DNA of 64,000 bases from Ascidiella aspersa (GCA_963924565.1 OZ004614.1:18228001-18292000), one strand, 5' to 3'. Counted from the first letter of the stretch, positions 11,401-25,913 are shown. Numbers and translations: made by a program. Notes: a model not told the origin generated them from the sequence alone.

Positions 11401-11926
11401 TGTTTGTTGTTTTGGGATTGGTTGTATCGCTGTCGTTCTCAACAAAATTAAAGTCACCTAATATGATAATGTCTTTGTTTCGTTCTTGTTGCTGTAAGTG
11501 ATGATGTAATTGATTTATTTCGTGTGTTCTTTGTACTATTTGGGAATTTGCTTGACCGGATTTGAGGTAGACATTAATTATGTGTATTTTTTGGCGTTGG
11601 GTGTTGTCGTTTTTCTTTGTTATTGTGATTTCTTGTATTCTGTTTTGTATTATTATGTTGTGTTCAATTGTCCAATTTTGCATTAAGTTTTCTTTGTAAA
11701 TGATCGCGGTTCCGTGCCAGAAGTGTTTTTGCTGTTGGTCTGTTTGTGAGTTAAGCTCACATTTTAAATGTTCTTTTTTAAGCCAATTTTTGAGGACGTG
11801 TTCGTTTAGTTTATGTGTTTCCTGTATGGCGATGATGTTTATGTTGTGTTTGTTTATAAAGGTTCCTAGTTGGTTTAGCTTGTGTTGTATGCCGTTAATG
11901 TTAAGTGTGCAGAGTTTTAGCTCCAT
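8423..11926 (-). CDS. Element 2 ORF2: APE endonuclease, reverse transcriptase, C-terminal CCHC zinc finger
   Basis: 1167-aa ORF with TLNING, QETH, GDFN, RIDR, SDH, PGIDG, DFEKAFD, GLRQGCPLS, YADD and CNFC..HLLNEC. Confidence 0.95.
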   Translation of the reverse strand: MELKLCTLNINGIQHKLNQLGTFINKHNINIIAIQETHKLNEHVLKNWLKKEHLKCELNSQTDQQQKHFWHGTAIIYKENLMQNWTIEHNIIIQNRIQEITITKKNDNTQRQKIHIINVYLKSGQANSQIVQRTHEINQLHHHLQQQERNKDIIILGDFNFVENDSDTTNPKTTNTKDNKQWQETKKAYNLCDSFRQKHPNSKVYTRVTATVATRIDRIYNKATNKLIINKAHHIPHTISDHTQAPYITIQITTTKQHGKTFWKLNNEILNDLEYKTHITKTIQNIQTQKNEFTHFTEWWEHLKKKIKKDTITYAIETKKRENKEEDDLNEQLKTLNTNLNTNTKKINKEYLHTIEKLKTIEQHRINGAKVRARIKLETENEKPDRQFLQLEKKQQEKSTIKHIKDETGKIIKTSEGIKQEIFTFYHKLWGREDNLNKTEQGIILNTEGQETPDDNEESQYITLSELTSTIKDLNRNSTPGIDGLTTEFYITFWEQLKHDIQELYMNIYMNKNMSQSMKIAITKLLPKKGPQNLLKNWRPIFLLTTEYKLLTKIITKKLKTRIKDKINTDQKCGFKGRRIEEIHYNINAIIQYAKQKSQELAIITTDFEKAFDHVNHELIFKTLKYFGLPKTLINWIQIIYHDIKSKIEVNGQTTEEILIKRGLRQGCPLSMILYTCIGEILNKLIKKNKKITSFKLTTTKIQIQQYADDNTFFITDKQSATELFKEMKKYEEITGQKLNMAKTQIIAFTPFIKNQLSELYPTHMKEEIKILGIWYNGKNDVMKINWIKAKKKIQSIQHQYATLNLSIYGKTQIIKSLMIAQLLHIARIIRPTKQIIKEINKILYDYLWNPKKIEPMKRLKLINKKEQGGIRMVDLESKIAAAQLEQIKFLYNTTKATQPYHAWAMFQLGTKGKNIIPHLFGNHYPKASQPNETWMYIIKKFNEIQETNKDFDWKNNTMRAVYNELVVKRAIKTEITMGRDQINWTHIHLTNKEHKLIFNNMERETSYLTAHKAFKWGDFRKSRGITTTSNGQQRINRCNFCHENSDNIYHLLNECKITKQIYHKLNSFTTNEYHHTFLPDKFATMYNQSPTQFENNTTNQKLLILTKYKIISEKNKLTAANEYLDDPQSFTNSITWKIKVKFKRQMDATPNNNTSKLQNRPTTSQT

Positions 11927-11971
11927 GATAAAAGTCGATAGAGGAAAAACGATAAGGTTAGAATAAACGGT

Positions 11972-13528
11972 TTAAAAAAGTTCGCTTTCAAAGTTTATCG
12001 GGTTGTTATGGTTTTGCGACCCTTTTAGTGGGGTCTGCTCGCGGTTTATAAGCTTTCGTTTCGGGTCCTGGTCCTGCGGCGATAATTGTGCCGCAGACCG
12101 TTTTTGACTGTTTTTTCCTGGTTGTTGTTCTTCTTCTGTTTTGTTATCGTTGTTTTCGTTTTCTTTCTTTTCGTTCGCCTGTTCGATTGGGAGAGGAGGT
12201 GTGTTGGGGATCAGGATGTGGGATGGGTAAGAGGAGGAGGAGGAGGTTGAGTTTGCGGAGTAGGAGGAGGAGGAGGAGGGGTGGGTTAGGGAGAAGAAGT
12301 GATCGGAGGTTGATTGGATTCTCTCGTTGTGGTTGTCTTCATTGCTCGGTTTCGGTTGATTCTGTTCGATTACTTGAGTCGGTTTTTCGTTTTCCTTTTC
12401 TATTGCTGTGTCCAGTTCCTTGAGCGTTTGTAGGGAGTCGTCGGATTCGTGAATAAACAAATGACCGTCCGGGTCGTCGTTCATTTGTTGTTCTTCAATT
12501 GTTGAAATGTGTTCTTTTTCGCTGTTTTGTTCTGGAGGTGGAGGAGGTGGTGGTGGCGGTGGTGGTGGTTGGCCGTCGCCTTTCTTTTGATTTTGTTGGA
12601 ATTGTCGCAGCTTGTGTATTCTTTTTTCCGCTTCCTGCTGTGGGCTTATGTCTATCCGTTTATTCAAAGTAATTTGGTTTTCATGGTTTTGTATGATTTT
12701 TGATATATCTATTGTTCCACCTGGGTTAAAACGATTTTTTGGGGTTGAGTTCTTCTTGTGTAGGTGGGGGAATTCATTTTCCTGGCGTAGATTGAGGGGG
12801 TCTTCTTCTTCTGATCTGTTTATTTGTTTCTCGATGGATGAGGCTTCCGGGCACTCTTTCATGAAGTGCCCGGGTCGGAAGCAGAAGCGACATACTTTGT
12901 CTGCCGGGCAGTTGTTGGCCCAGTGGCCGCGCTCGCCGCAGTTTCTGCATATTGGGCCGAAAGATTCGCCTGGTTTAACGGTTTGGATGCGTTGATTCGC
13001 TACGGTAATTTCTGGTTTGATGTTGCTTGGGTTGGCTGCGTCCAGGAAGATATTTACGTAACCATTGTAGATCTCTGGCCGGCTTTTATGAGTACAGAAG
13101 AAGGTTTTCTTTATTTTTCCCCATTGCAGTTTATTTGCAATGTCTTTTAGATGGTCCTCTGTCCACTCGAGCGGAACTGGGAAGAGGGAAACTTTGAGGA
13201 GGGGTTTGTCTGGTTCTGAAGACAGCAATTTAATAATTTGATGGGATGGAAGTTTGTCCATTTTACCGTTTTCCAGTTCGATGTGGAGTTTCTCTTTATT
13301 ATATTTTTGGCGGTGTTGGTTCGTTTTGAATGTTAATTGAAAGATTTTGAGTCTCCGATTGACTGTACGGGCTCCGATAATGTTGGGGTTGTAAGGTTAG
13401 GGCATTGTCCATGTCGAACAGTTTAAGAATATTATGTTGAAGTATTCGATATCCTGTATTTGGACGTTAAGCGTCCGCTGTATCCTGTAGTCCGGTCCTG
13501 TTGCTTTTAAGGGGCTGTGGTGGTCCAT
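11972..13528 (-). CDS. Element 2 ORF1 (two CCHC zinc knuckles); N-terminus apparently frameshifted
   Basis: ORF 11972-13261 has CRNCGERGHWANNC and CRFCFRPGHFMKEC. Homology to element 1 ORF1 (IQRTLNVQI.., NIIGARTVNRRLKIFQLTF) extends upstream to an ATG at ~13528 across apparent frameshifts. Confidence 0.8.
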
Positions 13529-16438
13529 TCTTTTCGTTTGTGGTATGTTAACGGGCGAGCGATGATTTTAGAGAGAAAGAGGGGACAGAAGGGCCTGAGA
13601 GATCGTGCTATAGTGAGTGTCCCTGTACTCACGGTAGGAGTAGAAGGAAGGAAGGAAACAAAGGGGCGCGGAAGCGATACGAGTTGGAGCTGGCGAGTGT
13701 GTCGTGGTTTATTTTTTAGTTGTTTCAGTATCGGCGAAAGAAGCAAAGAATATAGGCGGGGAAAATGCGAAAAAAATGTCGTTTGCGGGGAAGACGCCTA
13801 GCGTCTATATGTTAAGTGTTTTTAGTTCAAGAGAAATGGCGGAAAAAGTTTGCCGTACAGGGGGTGACGTGTGCGTGACGTCACTTGTGCGAAAAAGGAT
13901 GTGGCGAAAAAATATGCAAAGTACAAAATCAGTGATCTCCATTAGATGGAGCTAAAGAGGCCAAAAAAATGCCAGGAGCTTCGCTACAAAATGGAAAACG
14001 GGAAGGCGAAAAATTCTCTTAAGTACAGCGGAGGAGTCCCTGTGACGTCACCCGGCGCACTTAGGTACGAAAAAGCTAACACTAAGACACTAAGACACTA
14101 ATAATACACACACAGGGTAGCCACTAGAAGGCTCCAAAGGGTTAGACGATAGCGTTTATTTAGACCAAGTTAAAACACTTGGTGGTACACGAGTTAATAG
14201 GCGCAAGAGGTTCGAATGATGTGGCACTATGCAGTCAAACTACACGTTAGGAGGCGCTCTTTCGCTTAGGGCGAAGAGTACGATTTACAGCGATTTACAC
14301 AACAAGAGATAGGAGTAGTACACACAAAGGCCCTACAACAGCCTGCCTGCCGTCCCTGTAACTGTTTGTTACAGCGGATGCTGACTAATACCTTCTAGCA
14401 AGGTCTGACACAGATGAAGTCGCAGTTTTTTACAATGGCGGTAGGTCTGAGACTGGCACTATTTGGTTGATAATTCAGTTATTAGGGCCGTTTGCGATAT
14501 TTTGACCGGTTTAACTGGGAAGTTTATCCCTGTAGTCACTATCAGACCTTTTTTTTATCGCAAAGACAAGTATGTGAATATTGCTTTTTCCAGTCATCAA
14601 ACTGTCCTGGCCATAAATTGTTGTAATTTACCCCTTTACCATTCCCCGAATTGAAGACTGGATTGTTATTTAAGTTAGTTCACGATTTTAGCTTGTTGTC
14701 ACACTCAGAAAATCTTTCACGAGAATTTGGTTGGCAAGGTGTCTGTGGTATGTTTTTGGGGTAAGCAGATGCTGCTTTCCAAGTGAAGTAACAGGTAAAA
14801 GTTTATTTTCTACCTTTAGTGCTCGCAGATTGAATTAGTTTGTTATATGCAGTTTTTATTAAGTTGTGGGATTCTTTAACAGTGTTTAAAATTAGTTGAA
14901 ATAAATAATAATCATTATCTTATAAAAAATATTTATACCTTTTATATAGGTTTGGAATCAAAACAGACTAATCTGGAAATATAATTTGTACGAGGGAAGA
15001 TTCAAACAAGCCTGCATTAAAAAAACACTTTTAATCATGTTCTTGATGTCATATACTACAGTTCACACCTAACAAAAAGTCAACAGTTTTGCTTGTTTTA
15101 TTAAACTTCATAATATGCATTTATTTTTTGTAAGATACTAAATAAAACAAAATTATACAGTTGATCTAAACGCTGCGAATTAAATTGATGCTTGCAAAAC
15201 CACAAGTAAAAAACATTCTACTAAATTTCATATTAAAATCAGTACAATATTATTCTAGAGATTTGACTACTGTTTGAAGAATGATAAGATTCATTGTAGT
15301 TGTGACTTGTTTGTAACATTGGAAACTGACAAACTTCTTTCATTGTCCTGGCGTTCTACCACAAATATACGGTTTCTTTGTCAAGATGTAAGATTTCAGT
15401 TCTGTAGCTAAAATATTCTTTGGAATTCAGCAAGTGCCTGATTTTTCAGCCAAATGCACAAGCTTGTATGATAGTGTCTGCTGTAGGGCTATATTTATTC
15501 AACTTTTGTAAAACTACATGGGGTCACTTGTAAAAAAGGCTATAATAAGATAACATTTACAAAATTACACCTATTTCAAAACAATATAACAGTATAACAG
15601 TACAAATAGTTAGTTGTTTTAAAAGGATGTGGATCACTCGAATATTTTCCTAAGATGTGAGGTATCTTGTATTAAAAGGTGTTAAATTAATGTTGAGTAC
15701 GAAAGAAATATCTGGTGAAAATTTCAAGTGCACAAGCAATACAATGTCGTTTAGAATACCACACAGAAGATATATTTTTGAATTAAAAATGTCTGTTAAA
15801 AAGTGTGAATGAAACAACTTGCAAAATGCAAAGTTATAGGTTGAAAAACAGCAGTACCACAAAAAACTACATTATTCCCGCATAAAAATGCTTATTTCAG
15901 CTTTGTTTGGAACTAGCTGACCTTAAATATTCTAATTACATTTTATTTATAATTTAAAGTTGATGCAAATGCTTCCTGGTTTTAACCGAAACCCTATTTT
16001 AAGTACAAAATTAAAGTTGTATGTAACAGTACATGTTTAACAAATTCTCGCTACCAGTATTTGAAGAAATTGCGAATAAAAAATGATTATAGATATTAAT
16101 TAAAGTTAACTTAAAACGAATAATTAGCTTCAACGAATAACCATTGGAAAAGATAGGCGCTAGCAACTGTTCATCTGACTCACGCAATGCCTCTAGTGGT
16201 GGAAACCATTCCATTGGCTTAAAAAACCCCGCGGCGAAATCTTAAGACGGCGAAGCCCTGGTCAAATTTTCTGTAATATAGCGCCTCTTAGTGGCCACTG
16301 CACTCTTGTCCTTTTTCCTTCATTTTGCTCCTTAACGTCGTCTAGCGGAATTTGCCCATCATCCTCATTTCTTATGATTTATCATCGTACTCACCACTTG
16401 TAATTTATTGCCAACAATACCTTACCATGCCTTACTTA

Positions 16439-16700
16439 CACTGTAAAAAAAATTGGGTACTTGAAACGTAAAATTTGGGTATTATATTTAGAAACCCAAA
16501 TAGATTGGGGTTTTCTACCCAAACTATTTGGGTAGTTTCCAAAAGAAATTTGGGTTCTGGGCTAACCCAAACTTGAATACCCAAAATGTTAGGGAAAAAA
16601 CAGTTTTTAATATCAAATAATTTGGGTTGTATATGAATTTAGACACAACCGTAAAAGCTTGGGTTATACGAAAACCCAAAACTATACATTTTAAACTTTT
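16439..16700 (+). mobile_element. Probable end of a non-autonomous CACTA/EnSpm-like DNA transposon
   Basis: TA-CACTGTAAAAAA terminus followed by many subterminal TTTGGGT/ACCCAAA motifs in both orientations. No partner TIR is visible. Confidence 0.45.
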
Positions 16701-17132
16701 TGAGAAAACTACTATTTAGACGACATCTTTTGAAAGTTTAAGTGAAAAACCTCACTGCTAAACCGCGGTACACCAACACCAAGCAAGGTGTCGTGGCATT
16801 TCCCAGTTAACGCAAACACTGTTATAAAATTATATTACTCTTCTCAAAGAATTTTTATGACTTCATGAAAGCTTATGGTTATAGGAAAAAACTACGAGCA
16901 AGCGAGCAAAAATGCCGACAGCTTGAATTAGGACTTCCAGACTATCATGTCATCATTAAAGAGAAAAGCAGGAGTAACAAGAGAAAGACAGGAGTTGGTT
17001 GTGGGCTAAACGACTCCGAATATTTCAACACAAATGACCAATGAAAACAACGGTATATTGTTTCCATTACAAGCGAAATTTCAATATATATACTATGGCT
17101 CACAAATGACGTTCTGCCACTTGTTGAGAAAT

Positions 17133-17181
17133 GTAGGTAGGGTAGGGTAGGGTAGGGTAGGGTAGGGTAGGGTAGGGTAGG
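17133..17181 (+). repeat. (GGTAG)9 microsatellite; only 3 repeats in the other units
   Basis: Direct reading; compare 21878, 26591, 31188, 35900, 46583 and 62930. Confidence 0.9.
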
Positions 17182-17984
17182 ATGGAGAGGCTAGCAGAAA
17201 CAACGGGTCGGACCGGCGAAGGAGGCAGGCGGTCGGTCGGTGGAAAACGAAAAGAAACAGTTGGTGTTGTGCGGCCCCGAGACAGCCTTAGCTAGGCGGG
17301 CAGCACGTTACGTTAGTCAATTAGGAAAAAACAGAAAAGCTGATTTTGCAATTTGCCAACAGGCAGGCAGGCAAACACATTATTGAGAATGAGTTTTGTT
17401 TCTTTTCGGTGGTTCAGTTTCGGCAGTCTCAGTTAAGGGCTTGTTGCCGGGCTCGAACAGCAGCAAAAACTGTTCTAAAGGCGGTCCCTTGGCTGACTGC
17501 CTGTGCTTAGGCGACAAATCGCAGGGCTTTGATTTTTCGGGTACACGGTCTCGGTGTGACCCAGCCTCGAAAGCAATATCACCGGGTAGTCTTGGGAGGC
17601 CCAAATCGATCGCGCGTTGGCGTTTTGGCAACTGAACACCTCGAAAAGGGCAGTCGTTCAGCTAAAGCCGAACGTTTCGAGCGTTGCTGACGACGGTGTG
17701 TCCTACTCAGCGACTTGATAGTCGACGGGTGCGCGCTACAGGACCTCAGGCGCTGGTAGACAAAATTTGAAGCGCCACCTCGGTCGGGCAGCCAGGCAAG
17801 CGAGCCTCTTGCTAAAATCAAAAGCACACCAAAGTGCAAGCAGTCGGCAGCAAACCTTTTCGGCATTTCACCGATTTCGCTTTGGTACGCAAACCACGTA
17901 CAAATGGCCAGCGTGTGCTGTGTCGTCATAAATCCTTTATTGTTGATTCGTTCGTCGAAGAGAAGTAGGAAAGAAATCGTCAAA

Positions 17985-18590
17985 ATGTCAGGAGGCGCAG
18001 GAGATAGCAGCAAGCCGAAAGCCAAGAAGGCATCGCCGACCCAGGCGACTCATCCCACCTACCAGGTGATGGTCACCGCCGCCATTACACAGCTTAAAGA
18101 AAGAAACGGCTCGTCCCGACAGAAGATTGTCAAGTACGTCAAGGACAACTACAAGGTCAGCGACAACTTCAACGTACCCTTGAAAACCTGCATCAGGCGC
18201 CTTATCAAAAGTGGGCAGCTCGTGCAGGTCAAGGGAACTGGTGCTTCGGGCTCTTTCAAGCTCGCCAAGACCGACAAGAAGCCGGTCAAAAAAGAGGCCA
18301 AAAAGAAGCCAGTTGCCGCCAAAAAGCCGGCAGCCAAGAAAGCCGTCGCGGCTAAAAAGCCAGCTTCCGCCTCGGCTAAGAAGACCACCGCCAAAAAGGC
18401 CGCCGCCGCCGCCGCGAAAAAACCCGCCGCAAAGAAGTCGCCCAAAAAGCCGGCTGCCAAAAAAGCGCCGGCAAAGAAATCGACGACGGCCAAAAAGCCG
18501 TCGCCCAAAAAGGCGGTCAAGGCAAAGAAGCCAGCAGCAAAGAAGCAGGCCAAGAAGCCAGCTGCCAAAAAGGCTGCCACTAAAAAGTAA
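17985..18590 (+). CDS. H1: Histone H1 (201 aa)
   Basis: Globular domain [26 protein letters not shown] plus K/A/P-rich tail. True ATG at 17985 in AAAATG context; 3' stem-loop follows. Confidence 0.97.
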   Translation: MSGGAGDSSKPKAKKASPTQATHPTYQVMVTAAITQLKERNGSSRQKIVKYVKDNYKVSDNFNVPLKTCIRRLIKSGQLVQVKGTGASGSFKLAKTDKKPVKKEAKKKPVAAKKPAAKKAVAAKKPASASAKKTTAKKAAAAAAKKPAAKKSPKKPAAKKAPAKKSTTAKKPSPKKAVKAKKPAAKKQAKKPAAKKAATKK

Positions 18591-18649
18591 GCCCCCCCCA
18601 ATGATGAGCCGCACGCCTCCCCAATACGGCCGTGGCAAACACAAAAAAC

Positions 18650-18690
18650 GGCTCTTTTCAGAGCCACCTTTTACTCACAAAAGAGATATT
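18650..18690 (+). terminator. Histone 3' stem-loop plus HDE (H1); equivalents follow every histone gene
   Basis: GGCTCTTTTCAGAGCC followed by AAAGAGA. Also H4 19299-19314 (GGCCCTTTTCAGGGCC), H3 20086-20101, H2A 20505-20520 (minus) and H2B 21594-21609. Confidence 0.95.
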
Positions 18691-18847
18691 TTGAAGCAAG
18701 CCGTCGACGCTTGCCTAGAGCATACCGTTAGATATAGGACTTGCGCTTTTGAGATAATTATCGCTACAAACAACAAACGAAAGAAATTTGCCTCCACTTA
18801 AGACGCGGGTCAATTTCAAAGCGTGCTTTTACGCTTGCCACCGGTAT

Positions 18848-18902
18848 CCAATAGCGCCCGAACGTGGTGACGTCAAACGCGAGAGTACACAGCGTATAAA
18901 AG
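18848..18902 (+). promoter_or_regulatory. H4 promoter: CCAAT, GTGACGTCA (CRE/ATF-like), TATAAAA
   Basis: Motifs read directly upstream of the H4 ATG. Contains the family-B target site CCGAACGTGG. Confidence 0.75.
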
Positions 18903-18941
18903 GCGGTGCTAAGAGAGAGATTTCACAGTTCGAATTTTTAA

Positions 18942-19271
<330 letters not shown>

Positions 19272-19617
19272 AATGTCCGAAACCTAAAAAACATCACCGG
19301 CCCTTTTCAGGGCCACCCAAAAATGCTAAAAGAGATATTTTGTTAAATGCTAAAGCTATGTGTGTGTGTGTGTGTGTCTTGCTGCCCCAGTCGTTTAGTC
19401 CAGTACGGTTAGAAGGCATTTTGGCGAAAAAGAACGAGGCTCGAAAGGCCTGATAAGTCTCATGTCACATTATGCCGAAAGGCGCAAATCTCTCGGCCGG
19501 CGAGAAGAACGATTATTGGACGAGAGAATGTTTTTTTTCCTTGGCCAATCAGCTAACGTACTTTCGGGTATATAAGGTCGGTCGAAAGCGTTGCAAATCA
19601 TTTCTAACGATATCTAG

Positions 19618-20052
<435 letters not shown>

Positions 20053-20547
20053 GTCCGTGCAAACGCCGAACATCAACAACACAACGGCTCTTTTCAGAGC
20101 CACCTATTGTTTTGAAAAGAGATTTTAAACTCCGGTAAAGCGTTCGACTGCTAAGCGTAAGCCACCGACCCGACTCGCAACGGGTGGTATCACGCGGACG
20201 CGTAGGGGGATCTACTAGGCCGTCTGGTCCGAAATGATGCCAGAGTGGCAGATTGGGGTTGCCTTTTGGCTTTTGGCGTTAACGGCCCTCGAAATACTTT
20301 ATGCCCTGGCAAGTAAGCCAGCATCTCGGTTTGACACATGCGTCCTTTTAGCGAGTTTTTCGGTCGTCGCTCGAAGGTTTGTTATTTGCCAAGTAAAATC
20401 CTGCTCACTAACGAACTAGGGGGGTACATTTCAAGGTAGAGGCAGGTACTATAACTAGCAGTAAGTTTAAGCAAGCCAAATGGTTCTCTTTCAAACTGTA
20501 GGGTGGCTCTGAAAAGAGCCGTTTTTTGGTGTGAAGCAGTTGTTGCT

Positions 20548-21140
<593 letters not shown>

Positions 21141-21200
21141 AGAGTGGAAAAACACGCCACACTCTTCGTCGTCGAAAGCACTGAAGAACCTCCTGTCAAA

Positions 21201-21560
21201 ATGGCTGCAAGCAAAGGCACCAAAAAGGCTGTCAAGAAGCACAACACCAGCGATAACAAAAAGAAGCGCCGACACAAGCGCAAGGAATCTTTCAGCATCT
21301 ACATTTACAAGGTGCTGAAGCAGGTCCACCCTGACACCGGCATATCGAGCAAGGCGATGAGCATCATGAACTCGTTCGTGAACGACATCTTCGAGCGTAT
21401 TGCCAGCGAGAGCTCGCGCCTTGCCCACTACAACAAGCGCTCAACAATCAGCAGTCGGGAAATCCAGACCGCTGTTCGTCTGCTTTTGCCTGGCGAGTTG
21501 GCCAAGCACGCCGTTTCCGAGGGCACCAAGGCCGTCACCAAATACACCAGCTCCAAGTAA
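21201..21560 (+). CDS. H2B: Histone H2B (119 aa)
   Basis: [34 protein letters not shown] at 21201. Confidence 0.99.
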   Translation: MAASKGTKKAVKKHNTSDNKKKRRHKRKESFSIYIYKVLKQVHPDTGISSKAMSIMNSFVNDIFERIASESSRLAHYNKRSTISSREIQTAVRLLLPGELAKHAVSEGTKAVTKYTSSK

Positions 21561-22697
21561 ATTTCGGTTTGCTTGTCAGCTGAACCAAAAAACGGCTCTT
21601 TTCAGAGCCACCCATAACTTTGAAAGAGACAAACCCGATCGCTTTGCAAAAGGCTGCATTTTGTGTGTTTTGCTAATCGTATTGTTGCTCTTTTCATTCC
21701 CACATTAGTCAACGAGCGATTGATTTACTGTAAGTTCGAAATAGGTGGAATCGAGCCCAAACTGAGAAAAGTTGGGCCCGAAAGCTTTCAAGTGCTAAAC
21801 TATTTTCTAACTAAAATTATATTTCAAAAAAAACAAAACAAAAAAACAATGACGTTCTGGCACTTGTTGAGAAATGTAGGTAGGGTAGGGTAGGATGGAG
21901 AGGCTAGCAGAAACAACGGGTCGGACCGGCGAAGGAGGCAGGCGGTCGGTCGGTGGAAAACGAAAAGAAACAGTTGGTGTTGTGCGGCCCCGAGACAGCC
22001 TTAGCTAGGCGGGCAGCACGTTACGTTAGTCAATTAGGAAAAAACAGAAAAGCTGATTTTGCAATTTGCCAACAGGCAGGCAGGCAAACACATTATTGAG
22101 AATGAGTTTTGTTTCTTTTCGGTGGTTCAGTTTCGGCAGTCTCAGTTAAGGGCTTGTTGCCGGGCTCGAACAGCAGCAAAAACTGTTCTAAAGGCGGTCC
22201 CTTGGCTGACTGCCTGTGCTTAGGCGACAAATCGCAGGGCTTTGATTTTTCGGGTACACGGTCTCGGTGTGACCCAGCCTCGAAAGCAATATCACCGGGT
22301 AGTCTTGGGAGGCCCAAATCGATCGCGCGTTGGCGTTTTGGCAACTGAACACCTCGAAAAGGGCAGTCGTTCAGCTAAAGCCGAACGTTTCGAGCGTTGC
22401 TGACGACGGTGTGTCCTACTCAGCGACTTGATAGTCGACGGGTGCGCGCTACAGGACCTCAGGCGCTGGTAGACAAAATTTGAAGCGCCACCTCGGTCGG
22501 GCAGCCAGGCAAGCGAGCCTCTTGCTAAAATCAAAAGCACACCAAAGTGCAAGCAGTCGGCAGCAAACCTTTTCGGCATTTCACCGATTTCGCTTTGGTA
22601 CGCAAACCACGTACAAATGGCCAGCGTGTGCTGTGTCGTCATAAATCCTTTATTGTTGATTCGTTCGTCGAAGAGAAGTAGGAAAGAAATCGTCAAA

Positions 22698-23303
22698 ATG
22701 TCAGGAGGCGCAGGAGATAGCAGCAAGCCGAAAGCCAAGAAGGCATCGCCGACCCAGGCGACTCATCCCACCTACCAGGTGATGGTCACCGCCGCCATTA
22801 CACAGCTTAAAGAAAGAAACGGCTCGTCCCGACAGAAGATTGTCAAGTACGTCAAGGACAACTACAAGGTCAGCGACAACTTCAACGTACCCTTGAAAAC
22901 CTGCATCAGGCGCCTTATCAAAAGTGGGCAGCTCGTGCAGGTCAAGGGAACTGGTGCTTCGGGCTCTTTCAAGCTCGCCAAGACCGACAAGAAGCCGGTC
23001 AAAAAAGAGGCCAAAAAGAAGCCAGTTGCCGCCAAAAAGCCGGCAGCCAAGAAAGCCGTCGCGGCTAAAAAGCCAGCTTCCGCCTCGGCTAAGAAGACCA
23101 CCGCCAAAAAGGCCGCCGCCGCCGCCGCGAAAAAACCCGCCGCAAAGAAGTCGCCCAAAAAGCCGGCTGCCAAAAAAGCGCCGGCAAAGAAATCGACGAC
23201 GGCCAAAAAGCCGTCGCCCAAAAAGGCGGTCAAGGCAAAGAAGCCAGCAGCAAAGAAGCAGGCCAAGAAGCCAGCTGCCAAAAAGGCTGCCACTAAAAAG
23301 TAA
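22698..23303 (+). CDS. H1: Histone H1
   Basis: Identical to unit 1. Confidence 0.97.
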   Translation: MSGGAGDSSKPKAKKASPTQATHPTYQVMVTAAITQLKERNGSSRQKIVKYVKDNYKVSDNFNVPLKTCIRRLIKSGQLVQVKGTGASGSFKLAKTDKKPVKKEAKKKPVAAKKPAAKKAVAAKKPASASAKKTTAKKAAAAAAKKPAAKKSPKKPAAKKAPAKKSTTAKKPSPKKAVKAKKPAAKKQAKKPAAKKAATKK

Positions 23304-23654
23304 GCCCCCCCCAATGATGAGCCGCACGCCTCCCCAATACGGCCGTGGCAAACACAAAAAACGGCTCTTTTCAGAGCCACCTTTTACTCACAAAAGAGAT
23401 ATTTTGAAGCAAGCCGTCGACGCTTGCCTAGAGCATACCGTTAGATATAGGACTTGCGCTTTTGAGATAATTATCGCTACAAACAACAAACGAAAGAAAT
23501 TTGCCTCCACTTAAGACGCGGGTCAATTTCAAAGCGTGCTTTTACGCTTGCCACCGGTATCCAATAGCGCCCGAACGTGGTGACGTCAAACGCGAGAGTA
23601 CACAGCGTATAAAAGGCGGTGCTAAGAGAGAGATTTCACAGTTCGAATTTTTAA

Positions 23655-23984
<330 letters not shown>

Positions 23985-24330
23985 AATGTCCGAAACCTAA
24001 AAAACATCACCGGCCCTTTTCAGGGCCACCCAAAAATGCTAAAAGAGATATTTTGTTAAATGCTAAAGCTATGTGTGTGTGTGTGTGTGTCTTGCTGCCC
24101 CAGTCGTTTAGTCCAGTACGGTTAGAAGGCATTTTGGCGAAAAAGAACGAGGCTCGAAAGGCCTGATAAGTCTCATGTCACATTATGCCGAAAGGCGCAA
24201 ATCTCTCGGCCGGCGAGAAGAACGATTATTGGACGAGAGAATGTTTTTTTTCCTTGGCCAATCAGCTAACGTACTTTCGGGTATATAAGGTCGGTCGAAA
24301 GCGTTGCAAATCATTTCTAACGATATCTAG

Positions 24331-24765
<435 letters not shown>

Positions 24766-25260
24766 GTCCGTGCAAACGCCGAACATCAACAACACAACGG
24801 CTCTTTTCAGAGCCACCTATTGTTTTGAAAAGAGATTTTAAACTCCGGTAAAGCGTTCGACTGCTAAGCGTAAGCCACCGACCCGACTCGCAACGGGTGG
24901 TATCACGCGGACGCGTAGGGGGATCTACTAGGCCGTCTGGTCCGAAATGATGCCAGAGTGGCAGATTGGGGTTGCCTTTTGGCTTTTGGCGTTAACGGCC
25001 CTCGAAATACTTTATGCCCTGGCAAGTAAGCCAGCATCTCGGTTTGACACATGCGTCCTTTTAGCGAGTTTTTCGGTCGTCGCTCGAAGGTTTGTTATTT
25101 GCCAAGTAAAATCCTGCTCACTAACGAACTAGGGGGGTACATTTCAAGGTAGAGGCAGGTACTATAACTAGCAGTAAGTTTAAGCAAGCCAAATGGTTCT
25201 CTTTCAAACTGTAGGGTGGCTCTGAAAAGAGCCGTTTTTTGGTGTGAAGCAGTTGTTGCT

Positions 25261-25821
<561 letters not shown>

Positions 25822-25913
25822 TCATTTGCATCTCTTCCGATCTATAACCGACGAGAGTGGAAAAACACGCCACACTCTTCGTCGTCGAAAGCACTGAAGA
25901 ACCTCCTGTCAAA

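Larger units (their letters stand above)
7610..14330 (-). mobile_element. Near-intact L1/Tx1-clade non-LTR retrotransposon (element 2)
   Basis: A-rich tail (T-rich 7610-7640), ~0.8-kb 3'UTR, intact 1167-aa ORF2, two-knuckle ORF1. The 5' end is not precisely defined. Confidence 0.85.

Noticed and set aside
14400-16400. Host protein-coding exons in the unique AT-rich region
   Set aside because: Only short ORFs with no recognisable motif; a gene cannot be supported.
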